The position numbers and the translations under genes were made by a program. The notes under the pieces were generated by a model. That model was not told the origin of the DNA. It worked only from the letters and a program-made list of their open reading frames with translations, and made no database searches. A DNA stretch of 64,000 nucleotides. It comes from an uncultured Candidatus Actinomarina sp. (GTDB taxonomy: Bacteria > Actinomycetota > Acidimicrobiia > Actinomarinales > Actinomarinaceae). Where the stretch lies: positions 4,510 through 68,509 of the forward strand of contig CACIJJ010000004.1 in NCBI GenBank assembly GCA_902587025.1, read 5' to 3'. This document shows positions 18,826-27,199 of the stretch, in pieces. Positions within the stretch are counted from its first letter, which is position 1. Every line of letters starts with the position of its first letter.

Positions 18826-19163
18826 TGGAGGTGCGGGGAGTCGAACCCCGGTCCTTTTAAGCTACCCAACAGCTTCTCCGAGCGCATCTGGTGAAATACT
18901 ATTGAGAGAGTCACCAGAAACAAATTCTCAATAGTTTCTACCTTAAATCTTAAAAGTTAGCCGGTAATCTAACTTAGCATCCCACATTTCGACGCCGATA
19001 CTACCCGAGGTGGGAGCCCCGATAGTCGACGAGCAACAATTAAGCTGCTACGGCCAATTTAGGTTTGGCAGTTATCTTTTTTTTCCTACGTTTTTAATGA
19101 GGCCCTAGGACCCTCAGCTCGCTACTGAGAGGCTCGCTTCAAAGTCGAAGCCAGTTCACCCCC
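18826..19163 (-). ncRNA. ssrA: tmRNA (SsrA)
   Basis: The minus-strand 5' end is GGGGGTGAACTGGCTTCGAC and the 3' end is GGGGTTCGACTCCCCGCACCTCCA. The acceptor stem has a G3:U pair, the Ala identity element. The putative tag ORF is GCC AAA CCT AAA TTG GCC GTA GCA GCT TAA (19040..19069), giving AKPKLAVAA. smpB lies 5.4 kb away. Confidence 0.9.
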
Positions 19164-19171
19164 ATATCACT

Positions 19172-19200
19172 ATTATGCCTTTACAATAGTTATTAGCCAA
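19172..19200 (-). promoter_or_regulatory. candidate sigma70-type promoter of ssrA
   Basis: On the minus strand, TTGGCT (19195..19200) is followed by a 17-nt spacer and then CATAAT (19172..19177). The -10 element ends 8 nt before the mature tmRNA 5' end. This rests on pattern matching only. Confidence 0.3.
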
Positions 19201-19214
19201 TACATATTTATTAT

Positions 19215-19862
19215 ATGAAAATTGATAAACAAACTTTTGATTTAGATGAAGAACTAAATATCTCAATAGATTTTGAGGATAATGATGGTTTAATATTTAT
19301 ACCTAAAAATGTAAGTGTAGAAATTAAAATAGCTAACTATTTTGGAAAAATTGTTATAAATAATTTATCTATAAAACACCTTGAAGATGAGCTCTCCCTG
19401 TCAAAAGTTGGATTAGAGCAAAACCTAAATAATCTAGATCTTAAACTTCTCGATAGATTTTTATTTAAACAGTTGAGTGATAAATCAACGTTTAATTATT
19501 CACCATTCGATTCGTTTTTAGAATATGATTTTTCTGTATTTGAAAAATCAAGAAGACCGAGTGATCTTGATTGGTCTATGTTTGCATCCTTATATGTTTT
19601 TGCTTGTAATGTTATTCCCGAATCAATTAAAGTAGAGTTAACTCTTGCAAAACATTTAAGAGTATCTGAAGAAGTTTTTAAAAGACTATTAAAGAAAATT
19701 CCAGACAAAATATTTAGAAAAACAGGACACCTTGAATCTAGAGGTGGTAATTTAACTTTCGATGCTGAAGAGTTAATAAAGAAAAACCTTAACGACACTC
19801 AGGCAAAATTATTTGAAGAAAGTCCTTTTTTGAAATTTCACTCAGGTTCTGATTTGGTCTGA
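19215..19862 (+). CDS. hypothetical protein, possibly with a C-terminal helix-turn-helix
   Basis: 215 aa. I recognised no family. The segment LTLAKHLRVSEEVFKRLLKKI looks HTH-like. It overlaps the convergent PPOX gene by 25 nt. Confidence 0.45.
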   Translation: MKIDKQTFDLDEELNISIDFEDNDGLIFIPKNVSVEIKIANYFGKIVINNLSIKHLEDELSLSKVGLEQNLNNLDLKLLDRFLFKQLSDKSTFNYSPFDSFLEYDFSVFEKSRRPSDLDWSMFASLYVFACNVIPESIKVELTLAKHLRVSEEVFKRLLKKIPDKIFRKTGHLESRGGNLTFDAEELIKKNLNDTQAKLFEESPFLKFHSGSDLV

Positions 19863-20281
19863 GCTCTACTGACCATTGATATAATTTTACTGACATCAAT
19901 TTCCCATATTTCTCTGGATTTGAATCCTGCTTGCTCCCAAGTAACATCTTCTGTTCTACCATAGGGTTTACCTGAATATCTATTTGATAAATAATCTATG
20001 TGGTCATTTGCAGTTGAATCTTGAACAATATTTTTAACAACACCCCTTATCTCCCAACATGTATACATATCAGATGGATGAAATATAACGAGTGAAATAT
20101 TTGGTTCCTTCCTTATGTTTTCTGTTTTTTTTCTTCCTTGTTCTGTATTGATAAGAATTTTATTATCTTTGTAATCAACCCACATTAAATGATTTTGCAT
20201 CTCTTTTTCATTGATTTTGGTTGATAATGCACAAAAAGCATTGTTATCAATTGCTTGTTTAAGTTCACCTGGAAGTTGCAT
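19838..20281 (-). CDS. pyridoxamine 5'-phosphate oxidase-fold protein, PPOX class, possibly F420/FMN-dependent
   Basis: 147 aa. Its pattern resembles the split-barrel PPOX class (ALST....M.NHLMWVD......ILINT..GRKK..NI...P.ISL). Confidence 0.6.
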   Translation of the reverse strand: MQLPGELKQAIDNNAFCALSTKINEKEMQNHLMWVDYKDNKILINTEQGRKKTENIRKEPNISLVIFHPSDMYTCWEIRGVVKNIVQDSTANDHIDYLSNRYSGKPYGRTEDVTWEQAGFKSREIWEIDVSKIISMVSRAQTKSEPE

Positions 20282-20311
20282 ACGCTTTTATTTTAAGTAA
20301 AAATTACTTAT

Positions 20312-20875
20312 ATGGCATTTATAAAATTATTCAAATTTGAGGAATCATCTGGCTTATTAAAAAAAGAGTACGAAAAAGGTATGCGAAGAGCTGGAAGAAT
20401 TTGGAATGTTCTTACAATTCAATCACAAACTCCTGAAATATTAAAACACTCAATGAATCTATATGGATCAACAATGTTTGGTAATTCAAATATTTCGAGG
20501 TTCGATAGTGAATTATTAGCTGTCGTCACTTCTATTTCAAACGAATGTGAATATTGAATAAGGGCGCATTTGTATGATCTTCGGTCGGAGACAGATAATC
20601 AAAAATTAGTAGATGAAATAGCAGAGGATTGGACTACAAGCTCTATCTCACCAGTACAAATGGCAATGTGTGAATTTGCGAATAAATTAACTGAAAATCC
20701 AAATAAAGTTAATGAAAAAGATATTGAATTATTGAGGAGTTACGGTTTATCAGATAAAGATATTTCACAAATCGTACAAATTATTGCATATTTTAATTAT
20801 ATAAATAGAGTCGCAGATGGACTTGGATTAGAACCAGAAGAATTCATAGATAAAAAAGGTTATAAAAACAAATAA
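20312..20875 (+). CDS. AhpD/carboxymuconolactone-decarboxylase family peroxidase-related protein with an in-frame TGA (20555..20557); candidate selenoprotein
   Basis: Track ORFs 20312..20557 and 20570..20875 share one frame. Joined, they give 187 aa, which is typical for the family. The local sequence is SNECEY[TGA]IRAH, matching CxxCxxxH with the TGA at the second Cys. The downstream 106 codons are open. Confidence 0.7.
20578..20591 (+). promoter_or_regulatory. candidate SECIS apical hairpin tcttc-GGTC-ggaga
   Basis: The stem is 5 bp, including one G:U pair, and starts 20 nt after the TGA. The tetraloop GGUC begins 25 nt after the TGA. The stem is short, so this is suggestive only. Confidence 0.3.
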
Positions 20876-20913
20876 ATATTGTTTCATTGTTTTTCAAGAT
20901 ATAACATTAAACA

Positions 20914-21828
20914 ATGAGTAATAACTCAAGATTAGTTATATTGTTCATTGCATTAATTGGAATAGCAGGATTGTCATTTTTTATATTTTCTGAGGATAAT
21001 GTTGATCAGCAAACTAATATCCAATCAGAGGCTGAAATTGAGACGACTACAACAATTTCAATTAATTCAACAACATCAACTTCTACTACAACAACATTGA
21101 TGGAAACAACTACAACAACATCTACAACTAGTACGAGTACTACAACTACTATTCCACCAAATCAGACAGCAATATTTGCTACACAAGAAGAAATAAATAA
21201 TAGTAAAAAGATCTCTTATGATTACTTGCAAAGTGGGTGTAAAAAAGATGAGCCAAATAATACAGATGAAGAATGGATAAAACCTATTGAGGTATTTACA
21301 TATGACGAAAATAAAATAAATTTCAACTTACAAATAGAGTCAACAATTCAACTAAATGTTGATTGTATCGGAAAGTTAATCACTTCAATCCTTAATGATT
21401 CAAGAGGTTGGATTAAAGTAACAGATAAAGAATTTCAGCTTGTAGATAATGTCGAAAGTGAGTTTGAATTCATTTTTGCATCACCTGAAAAAACTGATGA
21501 GTTATGTTATCCACTCGAGACAAATGGAATATATTCGTGTAGAAATGAACAACAAATTGTTATTAATTATTTTAGATGGGTTAATGGTGCAATTGATTTT
21601 GGATCTGATTTAGAAACGTATAGATTGTATCTCATCAATCACGAAGTTGGACACATTTTAGAATGGGGTCATGTTGGTTGTCCAAAAGAAGGTGCTTTGG
21701 CACCAGTTATGATGCAACAAAGCAAATCTACGATGGGTTGTGAACCATATGGATGGCCAATATATGAAATCTTAGAAAAAGAATTTGGTATAAATACGTA
21801 TTCATATTTGCCCGATAGCGATAATTAA
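20914..21828 (+). CDS. DUF3152-like secreted or anchored protein with an HExxH motif
   Basis: 304 aa. It has an N-terminal transmembrane segment and a Thr/Ser linker. The motif YRLYLINHEVGHILEWGHVGCP..GALAPVMMQQ matches actinobacterial DUF3152 as I recall it. Confidence 0.65.
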   Translation: MSNNSRLVILFIALIGIAGLSFFIFSEDNVDQQTNIQSEAEIETTTTISINSTTSTSTTTTLMETTTTTSTTSTSTTTTIPPNQTAIFATQEEINNSKKISYDYLQSGCKKDEPNNTDEEWIKPIEVFTYDENKINFNLQIESTIQLNVDCIGKLITSILNDSRGWIKVTDKEFQLVDNVESEFEFIFASPEKTDELCYPLETNGIYSCRNEQQIVINYFRWVNGAIDFGSDLETYRLYLINHEVGHILEWGHVGCPKEGALAPVMMQQSKSTMGCEPYGWPIYEILEKEFGINTYSYLPDSDN

Positions 21829-21905
21829 TTGGTGCCAGTAACAACTAATTGGTTATATCATTATCATCAAATTTAATTGTTATAACAAATACTTTTTTTA
21901 TTTTT

Positions 21906-22832
21906 TTAAATATTTAGAACGCTTGAAAGCTCACCATTCAAAATATCAGAGACATTTTGCACTGTCTCCAAACCTGCTTTTAATTGTGCTTCATAAGTTG
22001 ATGCACCGAGGTGAGGAGTTGTAACTATGTTTGAATTTGAAAATGTTTCATTAATGTCAGGGGGTTCTTGACTAAACACATCTAAGCCAGCAAAAATAAA
22101 ATCCTCATTTGCTTTTTGAAACAGAGATTCTTCATCAATTATTCCTCCCCTTGATGTATTTACTAAAATCCCACCTTTTTTGATTAAATCTAGCTTTTCA
22201 GCATTGATTAAATTTGTTGTTTCTTCGGTTTTAATAACATGAATTGATATGACATCTGATGTTTTCAATAATTCATCAAGCTCAACTTTTTTAGCCTCGG
22301 TAATAGAATCATCTACATAAGGATCATAAAAAACTATATTCATTCCAAACGCAGACAATCTTTTTGCAACTTCTTTTGCCGCTTTTCCAAAGCCAATTAA
22401 TCCTAATTGTTTTTGATAAAGTTCAGTTCCAAGATATTTATTCCTATCCCATTTTTTATCTTTGAGGGAATTATTTGATACATGAATTTTTCTAGCAGCT
22501 GAAATGATAAGCCCAATTGTTAATTCAGCAACTGAAATTATATTTGCATTTGGAGAATTAGTAACGTAAATTTTTCTATTGGTTGCTTCCTCTACATCAA
22601 CGTTGTCCACTCCTACTCCACACCTTGCAATAATTTTTAAATTATCTGCATTTTCTAAAATTTCTTTGTTTATTTTGGTACCACTTCTAATAACAACAAT
22701 GTCTGTATCAACGATATTACTTATCAAATCTTCAGTTTTTGTTTTGGACTCAGAAATATTTGTAATTTCACCGAGCTCTTCAAATTTATCTAAAACTTTT
22801 TTTTCTAACCTATCGCAAACTAAGATTTTCAT
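21906..22832 (-). CDS. D-isomer-specific 2-hydroxyacid dehydrogenase, short SerA-like form without an ACT domain
   Basis: 308 aa. It has the NAD motif GLIGFGKAAKEVAKRL, then RGGIIDE and TPHLGAST. Confidence 0.8.
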   Translation of the reverse strand: MKILVCDRLEKKVLDKFEELGEITNISESKTKTEDLISNIVDTDIVVIRSGTKINKEILENADNLKIIARCGVGVDNVDVEEATNRKIYVTNSPNANIISVAELTIGLIISAARKIHVSNNSLKDKKWDRNKYLGTELYQKQLGLIGFGKAAKEVAKRLSAFGMNIVFYDPYVDDSITEAKKVELDELLKTSDVISIHVIKTEETTNLINAEKLDLIKKGGILVNTSRGGIIDEESLFQKANEDFIFAGLDVFSQEPPDINETFSNSNIVTTPHLGASTYEAQLKAGLETVQNVSDILNGELSSVLNI

Positions 22833-22833
22833 G

Positions 22834-23628
22834 TTATTTATTTTTTAATTTCTCTAACGCTAACTCATGGAGTTCTATAGATGCTGAGGCTAGAACATAA
22901 ACGTCTTTATCATCAAATGGAAGTCTGTTACCATCCCAGTCTGTCATGACACCACCTGAGCCTTCAACAATTTTTATAAGAGGTAAATAATCATGAGGAG
23001 CAGTAAGTTTTTCAGCAACAATATCTACATACCCACTAGCTAACAATCCATAGTTATAACAGTCGCTTCCAGTAGTCGTAACTTTAACACTTTCTTCAAG
23101 AGATTGATAAGCTCTCCATTTTTTCAAACCAAATTGATGACTAGAAGTTGTTGCCATTACTGAATTTTCAAGTTTGTCGATTTTTCTGCATTGAATAATA
23201 TTTCCATTTACCATAGTTATATTTTTCTCAAAGGAAACCCATCTTTCTTTTAAGGCTGGGCAATCAATAACTCCTCCAATAATCTCATCATTTTTGACCA
23301 ATCCAATCAAAGTTCCAAAATCATTTTTTCCAGCTATAAAACTTCTGGTTCCGTCAATTGGGTCAATATACCATGTATATTCAGATTCATTATTGAGAAC
23401 TTCAAACTCTTCACCAACAATATTATGCTTTGGATACTTTTTTTCTATTTCTCTTCTTATTACTTGTTCAATTTGTTTATCTGCAAGAGTAACTGGGCTT
23501 TCATCATTTTTAATTGTCAGATCTCTTATGTCGCGAAAATGAGCTAGTGCTATTTTTCCAGAAATATCTAGAGTTTCATTACAAAAATTTATAAAATCTT
23601 GAGAATTTATTTTATTATCCAACATCAC
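22834..23628 (-). CDS. inositol monophosphatase family protein, possibly HisN-type histidinol-phosphatase
   Basis: 264 aa. IMPase motifs are present (GEE, WYIDPIDGT, and a DCYNYGLLASG-type C-terminal motif). Confidence 0.75.
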   Translation of the reverse strand: MMLDNKINSQDFINFCNETLDISGKIALAHFRDIRDLTIKNDESPVTLADKQIEQVIRREIEKKYPKHNIVGEEFEVLNNESEYTWYIDPIDGTRSFIAGKNDFGTLIGLVKNDEIIGGVIDCPALKERWVSFEKNITMVNGNIIQCRKIDKLENSVMATTSSHQFGLKKWRAYQSLEESVKVTTTGSDCYNYGLLASGYVDIVAEKLTAPHDYLPLIKIVEGSGGVMTDWDGNRLPFDDKDVYVLASASIELHELALEKLKNK

Positions 23629-23633
23629 TAAAA

Positions 23634-23894
23634 TTATAGAGAGTTTAGTTTATCTATGAGCTCAACATCAGAGGGTTCAACTAAATAGCTTCCATCTTCA
23701 AAAACTATAGTCGGTATTCTAGGATTTTGATTTTGTAATTTCTTTGCTATTTCATAGGCGTCTTTATCAAAATCAATGTCAATTTCAGTAAATTTAATAT
23801 TCAACTTATCGAAAACTTTTTTGGATCTTACACAGTCTCCACACCACTGTGTGCTGTACATTACAATTCCTGATTGATTATCCATTTGAACCAA
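23634..23894 (-). CDS. glutaredoxin-fold, mycoredoxin-like protein
   Basis: 86 aa. It has YSTQWCGDC (a CxxC motif) and IPTIVFEDGSYLVEPS, which resembles M. tuberculosis mycoredoxin-1 as I recall it. Confidence 0.65.
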   Translation of the reverse strand: MVQMDNQSGIVMYSTQWCGDCVRSKKVFDKLNIKFTEIDIDFDKDAYEIAKKLQNQNPRIPTIVFEDGSYLVEPSDVELIDKLNSL

Positions 23895-24138
23895 ATGGAT
23901 CAGTCAGTACCGAGAGTAATTCACTAAGTTTTCCAAGATTTTCAAATAATGGCTCTAGTTGATTGAAGTTCTCTACTGCTTCTTCAATTTCAGGAAGCAC
24001 TTTTTTTATATCATCAATGGTTTGTAATGCAGTTTCAAATTGACCTGATAACTCATTTATTGTATTTTGAATATTTAAAATAAAGAATCCGAACAACAAA
24101 AGTATTAGCACTTGTAAAACTAATACAATTCGTAACAC
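23878..24138 (-). CDS. small membrane-anchored hypothetical protein
   Basis: 86 aa with a GTG start 2 nt after the trxA stop. It has one N-terminal transmembrane helix followed by an acidic helical tail. It overlaps the next gene by 17 nt. Confidence 0.4.
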   Translation of the reverse strand: MLRIVLVLQVLILLLFGFFILNIQNTINELSGQFETALQTIDDIKKVLPEIEEAVENFNQLEPLFENLGKLSELLSVLTDPFGSNG

Positions 24139-24140
24139 TA

Positions 24141-24452
24141 TTAACCTAGTGAAGTAATTTTTTCTTTTATAACTTCTTTTGGTTGAACGCCTACAAACCT
24201 ATCTTTAACTTCACCATCTTTTAAAATAACTACAGTTGGTACGCCCATAACTTGATTTTGTCCAGCAATTTGAGGATGTTGATCAACGTCAAGTTTAACG
24301 AACTCAACACCTTCTATTTCATCATCTAATTCTTCTAAAATTGGACTCAATACTTTACATGGTCCACACCAAGTAGCATGAAAATCAATAACAACTGGAT
24401 TTGATGAATTTACAATTTCTGAATATTCTTCAGCATTTATTTCTTTTACCAT
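24141..24452 (-). CDS. trxA: thioredoxin
   Basis: 103 aa with the WCGPC active site. Confidence 0.9.
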   Translation of the reverse strand: MVKEINAEEYSEIVNSSNPVVIDFHATWCGPCKVLSPILEELDDEIEGVEFVKLDVDQHPQIAGQNQVMGVPTVVILKDGEVKDRFVGVQPKEVIKEKITSLG

Positions 24453-24517
24453 TATTTCCTTTAATTTCTTACTAAGTTTATAAATTATAAATTTATAAAA
24501 GTAATTTAAAAAAGAAA

Positions 24518-24952
24518 TTATTTAAAGTCTCTAATTTCTTTTTTAACTCTTTTCTCTGTAATCTTTCTTCTTTTGTCGATATCTTTTTTACCTTTTGCAA
24601 GAGCTAATTGAATTTTAATATACCCATTTTGCTCAAAAACTTTTGTTGCAATAAGGGTAAGACCTTTTGTCGATATTAATCCGATAAGTCTTTTTATTTC
24701 TTTTTTATGGAGCAAAAGTTTTCTGGGGGTTTTGGGGTCATAATCAATTAAGTCAGCATATTTGTAAGGTTCAATATTCATTTCTCTTATTACAGCTTCT
24801 TCTTCCTCTATTGTGGCAAATGCATCAATAATCGAGATTCCTCCATTTCTTGCACTTTTTGTTTCGGGACCAGTAAGAACAACTCCAGCTTCAAAAAATT
24901 CAAGAAATTCATAGGAATTTCTTGCTTTACGATTCTCTGCAAAAACTTTCAT
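24518..24952 (-). CDS. smpB: SsrA-binding protein
   Basis: 144 aa. It has the typical SmpB N-terminus (NRKARNSYE..E.FEAG..L.G.E.KS) and a basic C-terminal tail. Confidence 0.95.
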   Translation of the reverse strand: MKVFAENRKARNSYEFLEFFEAGVVLTGPETKSARNGGISIIDAFATIEEEEAVIREMNIEPYKYADLIDYDPKTPRKLLLHKKEIKRLIGLISTKGLTLIATKVFEQNGYIKIQLALAKGKKDIDKRRKITEKRVKKEIRDFK

Positions 24953-26325
24953 CTATCTAAAAAGCAATAAGGATTCATTCTTCCTCTAGAAGTAGGATCT
25001 AAGTAAGGAAGGCTGCAACTAACAGAATTTGGATTCTTTAATCTTACTTCAAAATGTAAGTGTGGACCTGTTGATCTACCTGTTGTACCTACTGTTCCAA
25101 TCGTATCACCTGTAACAACAGTTTGGCCAACAGATGCTCGTATTTCATTCATATGAAAATAAAGTGTTGTCATTCCCCCGCCATGATCAATAAAAACTGT
25201 TCTACCAGCTAAACCATAGTATCTGGCAAGAATGACTACTCCACCTGCTGCAGCCTTTATAGGTGTACCTGTTCTTCCTGGAATGTCTATAGCTCCATGA
25301 AAACTAGTAGTACCCCTAAATCTTCTCCACTTGTAGCCACTTGAAACATAACTGCCGGTTATAGGCCAGGTTAGCTTATTTGGTGCTGCTCCACCAAGGG
25401 TGCTTAATCTGTTTATGTCCGCCTGAATAGCATCTTCAAGCTTTTCAAGATTTGCGTGTTCAGCATCTAATTTGGCCAATTGATTATTTGCTTCTGTCAA
25501 AAGGTTCTGAGCTTTCTTTCTTTCTGCTAAAACAGCAGCCTTTTTATTTTCAACTTGACGTTTTTCCCTTTCTACTCTATTTTTACTTTCCTCAACTTCA
25601 TCTGCGTACTCTTCAGCCTCGATAGAAATTTGATTTTTCTTTTCCTCTTCAACTTGAAGAGAGGAAATTATTTCTTCTCTTTCTTCTTCACGTTCTGATA
25701 AGAACTCTGTTTGTGTTTCTGACAAACTCTCAAACGAATTTAATGACTCAATAATTTCATAAGCTGTGTTTACAATTGCAGATGCATAACCTAATGCAGC
25801 AAGAAAATCAGATAAATCATTCAAATTAATAAATAAAGCTGTTGCTGGACTCATAACCCCATTAATGTACATATCTACAGCTTTTTCTTGTAACTCATCT
25901 TTCGCTGAATTTAGATTCTTTTGAGTTTCAAATAGATCATCTTTTACTTTTAAAATTTCATTTTTAGTTGTTCCTAATTTAACTTGTTCATTTACAATAT
26001 TTTGTTGAACAGCCGCAAGATTATCAAGAGATTCATCATATCCTTCAAGCGCATTTTCAAGCGCAAGCTCAGCTGCAACTAGTCTTCTTTGAACTTCAGC
26101 AAGCTCATCATTTACTTTTTTAAGTGATGAATCGTTTGCTAAAATTGCTTTTTCTAAATCTGTTTTATCACCTTCGTATTGTTTGATTTGGTTTGCAATT
26201 GCAATAAGCTGCTTTTCTACTTCTTCGAGTCTCTCCTCGGCTGTGATTGCAAAAGAATGATCAACAAATATTGTCTGTATAAAAATCAGAAATAATATTA
26301 GAACTGAAAAAAATTTTTTAGTCAT
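24949..26325 (-). CDS. coiled-coil M23 family metallopeptidase, probable FtsEX-associated peptidoglycan hydrolase
   Basis: 458 aa. It has a signal or anchor, about 300 aa of heptad-like Glu/Lys/Leu-rich sequence, and a C-terminal LytM domain. The HGAID (HxxxD) and HLHFE (HxH) motifs are intact. It overlaps ftsX and smpB. Confidence 0.8.
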   Translation of the reverse strand: MTKKFFSVLILFLIFIQTIFVDHSFAITAEERLEEVEKQLIAIANQIKQYEGDKTDLEKAILANDSSLKKVNDELAEVQRRLVAAELALENALEGYDESLDNLAAVQQNIVNEQVKLGTTKNEILKVKDDLFETQKNLNSAKDELQEKAVDMYINGVMSPATALFINLNDLSDFLAALGYASAIVNTAYEIIESLNSFESLSETQTEFLSEREEEREEIISSLQVEEEKKNQISIEAEEYADEVEESKNRVEREKRQVENKKAAVLAERKKAQNLLTEANNQLAKLDAEHANLEKLEDAIQADINRLSTLGGAAPNKLTWPITGSYVSSGYKWRRFRGTTSFHGAIDIPGRTGTPIKAAAGGVVILARYYGLAGRTVFIDHGGGMTTLYFHMNEIRASVGQTVVTGDTIGTVGTTGRSTGPHLHFEVRLKNPNSVSCSLPYLDPTSRGRMNPYCFLDR

Positions 26326-27193
26326 TTAGGGCTTTCCTGATTCCGACAAAGCTAGCAAAAAATCCGAAACCAATGGTCGACAATAACAAAATAAGAGTTA
26401 GATTTATCAAATATGTGTCAGAAATAGCAATATCAAAAATACTTTCAGCAATAAATGATGTTTTTGAATACTGAATAAATCCCCAACCAAGACCCACAGC
26501 TATGCTTGTTCCTATTAAGGATTCGAAAACTGCTTCGAAAATAAAAGGAAGTCTTATATATGTTGATGAAGCACCAATAGTTCTCATTATTTTTATTTCT
26601 TTTTTCTTTGCGTAAGCAGTAAGTCTTAACGTGTTGATAATTAAAATAAATGCTGCAAAGGCAATTAACGCAGCAAAAATTGTTGCAGATAAAACAAGGG
26701 TATTTGTTAAACTTAAAAGTCGTTCAATCGCTTCACCAGAAGCTCTGATCTCTTTAACAGCTGGGTTGCCGTCCATTCTTTCAATAATCAATTTATAATC
26801 TGCGGGGTCATTTAGATTTATACGTAATGACGTAGGTAATATATCAAAATCTACTTCTTGAAGTAATTCAGGTTGATCTTTGAATAATAACCTGAATTCA
26901 TCAGAAGCTTCAGATTTCGTAAAATACTCTACCATCCTGACTTCTGGATAACTTTCTAAAGTATCTTGAAGTTGCTTATGAGCTGTAGAAGTTACCCTAT
27001 CATCCAAAAAAATAACAACATGAACTCCATTTTGCCAACGCGATGTGTTGTTTTCAACGATTGCACGTGCGGAAAGTGTGGTGAAAACAAGAAATGAAGA
27101 TACCAATACTGCAAGCATTGTTGCAACTACTAGTAATGGATTTCTTCTCATGTTTATGAAAGTGTTCTTGAAAACATAGTTTAATTTTTTCAT
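26318..27193 (-). CDS. ftsX: cell division permease-like protein FtsX
   Basis: 291 aa. It has one transmembrane helix, an extracytoplasmic domain, and three C-terminal transmembrane helices. It lies immediately after ftsE. Confidence 0.85.
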   Translation of the reverse strand: MKKLNYVFKNTFINMRRNPLLVVATMLAVLVSSFLVFTTLSARAIVENNTSRWQNGVHVVIFLDDRVTSTAHKQLQDTLESYPEVRMVEYFTKSEASDEFRLLFKDQPELLQEVDFDILPTSLRINLNDPADYKLIIERMDGNPAVKEIRASGEAIERLLSLTNTLVLSATIFAALIAFAAFILIINTLRLTAYAKKKEIKIMRTIGASSTYIRLPFIFEAVFESLIGTSIAVGLGWGFIQYSKTSFIAESIFDIAISDTYLINLTLILLLSTIGFGFFASFVGIRKALND

Positions 27194-27199
27194 TAACCT

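Noticed and set aside
18811-19862. A genomic island integrated at the tmRNA gene.
   Set aside because: There is no integrase or recombinase, no duplicated copy of the tmRNA 3' end, and no phage-like genes on either side. The 3' flank is lhgO only 15 nt away.
20312-20875. Global reassignment of UGA (code 4 or 25) as the explanation for the in-frame TGA.
   Set aside because: TGA ends other genes in the window, such as the E2 gene at 57115..57117. The organism also keeps RF2 with its UGA-dependent autoregulatory frameshift site. UGA is therefore a normal stop here. Only local recoding (Sec) or a nonsense mutation remain as explanations.
21040-21165. Imperfect ACN/TCN nucleotide repeats here and at 15245..15300, considered as a VNTR or CRISPR-like element.
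   Set aside because: They are in frame and encode Thr/Ser linkers of secreted proteins. They lack the repeat-spacer organisation of CRISPR. I saw no CRISPR array anywhere in the window.
21829-21905. A possible bidirectional intrinsic terminator between the convergent DUF3152-like and dehydrogenase genes.
   Set aside because: I found only a direct repeat (taattgg..taattgg) and a loop-less TTGTTATAACAA palindrome followed by T-runs. There is no convincing GC-containing stem.
24453-24517. The A/T palindromic run tttataaattataaatttataaa between smpB and trxA.
   Set aside because: This is a pure A/T repeat in an AT-rich intergenic promoter region. It cannot be told apart from compositional background without comparative data.
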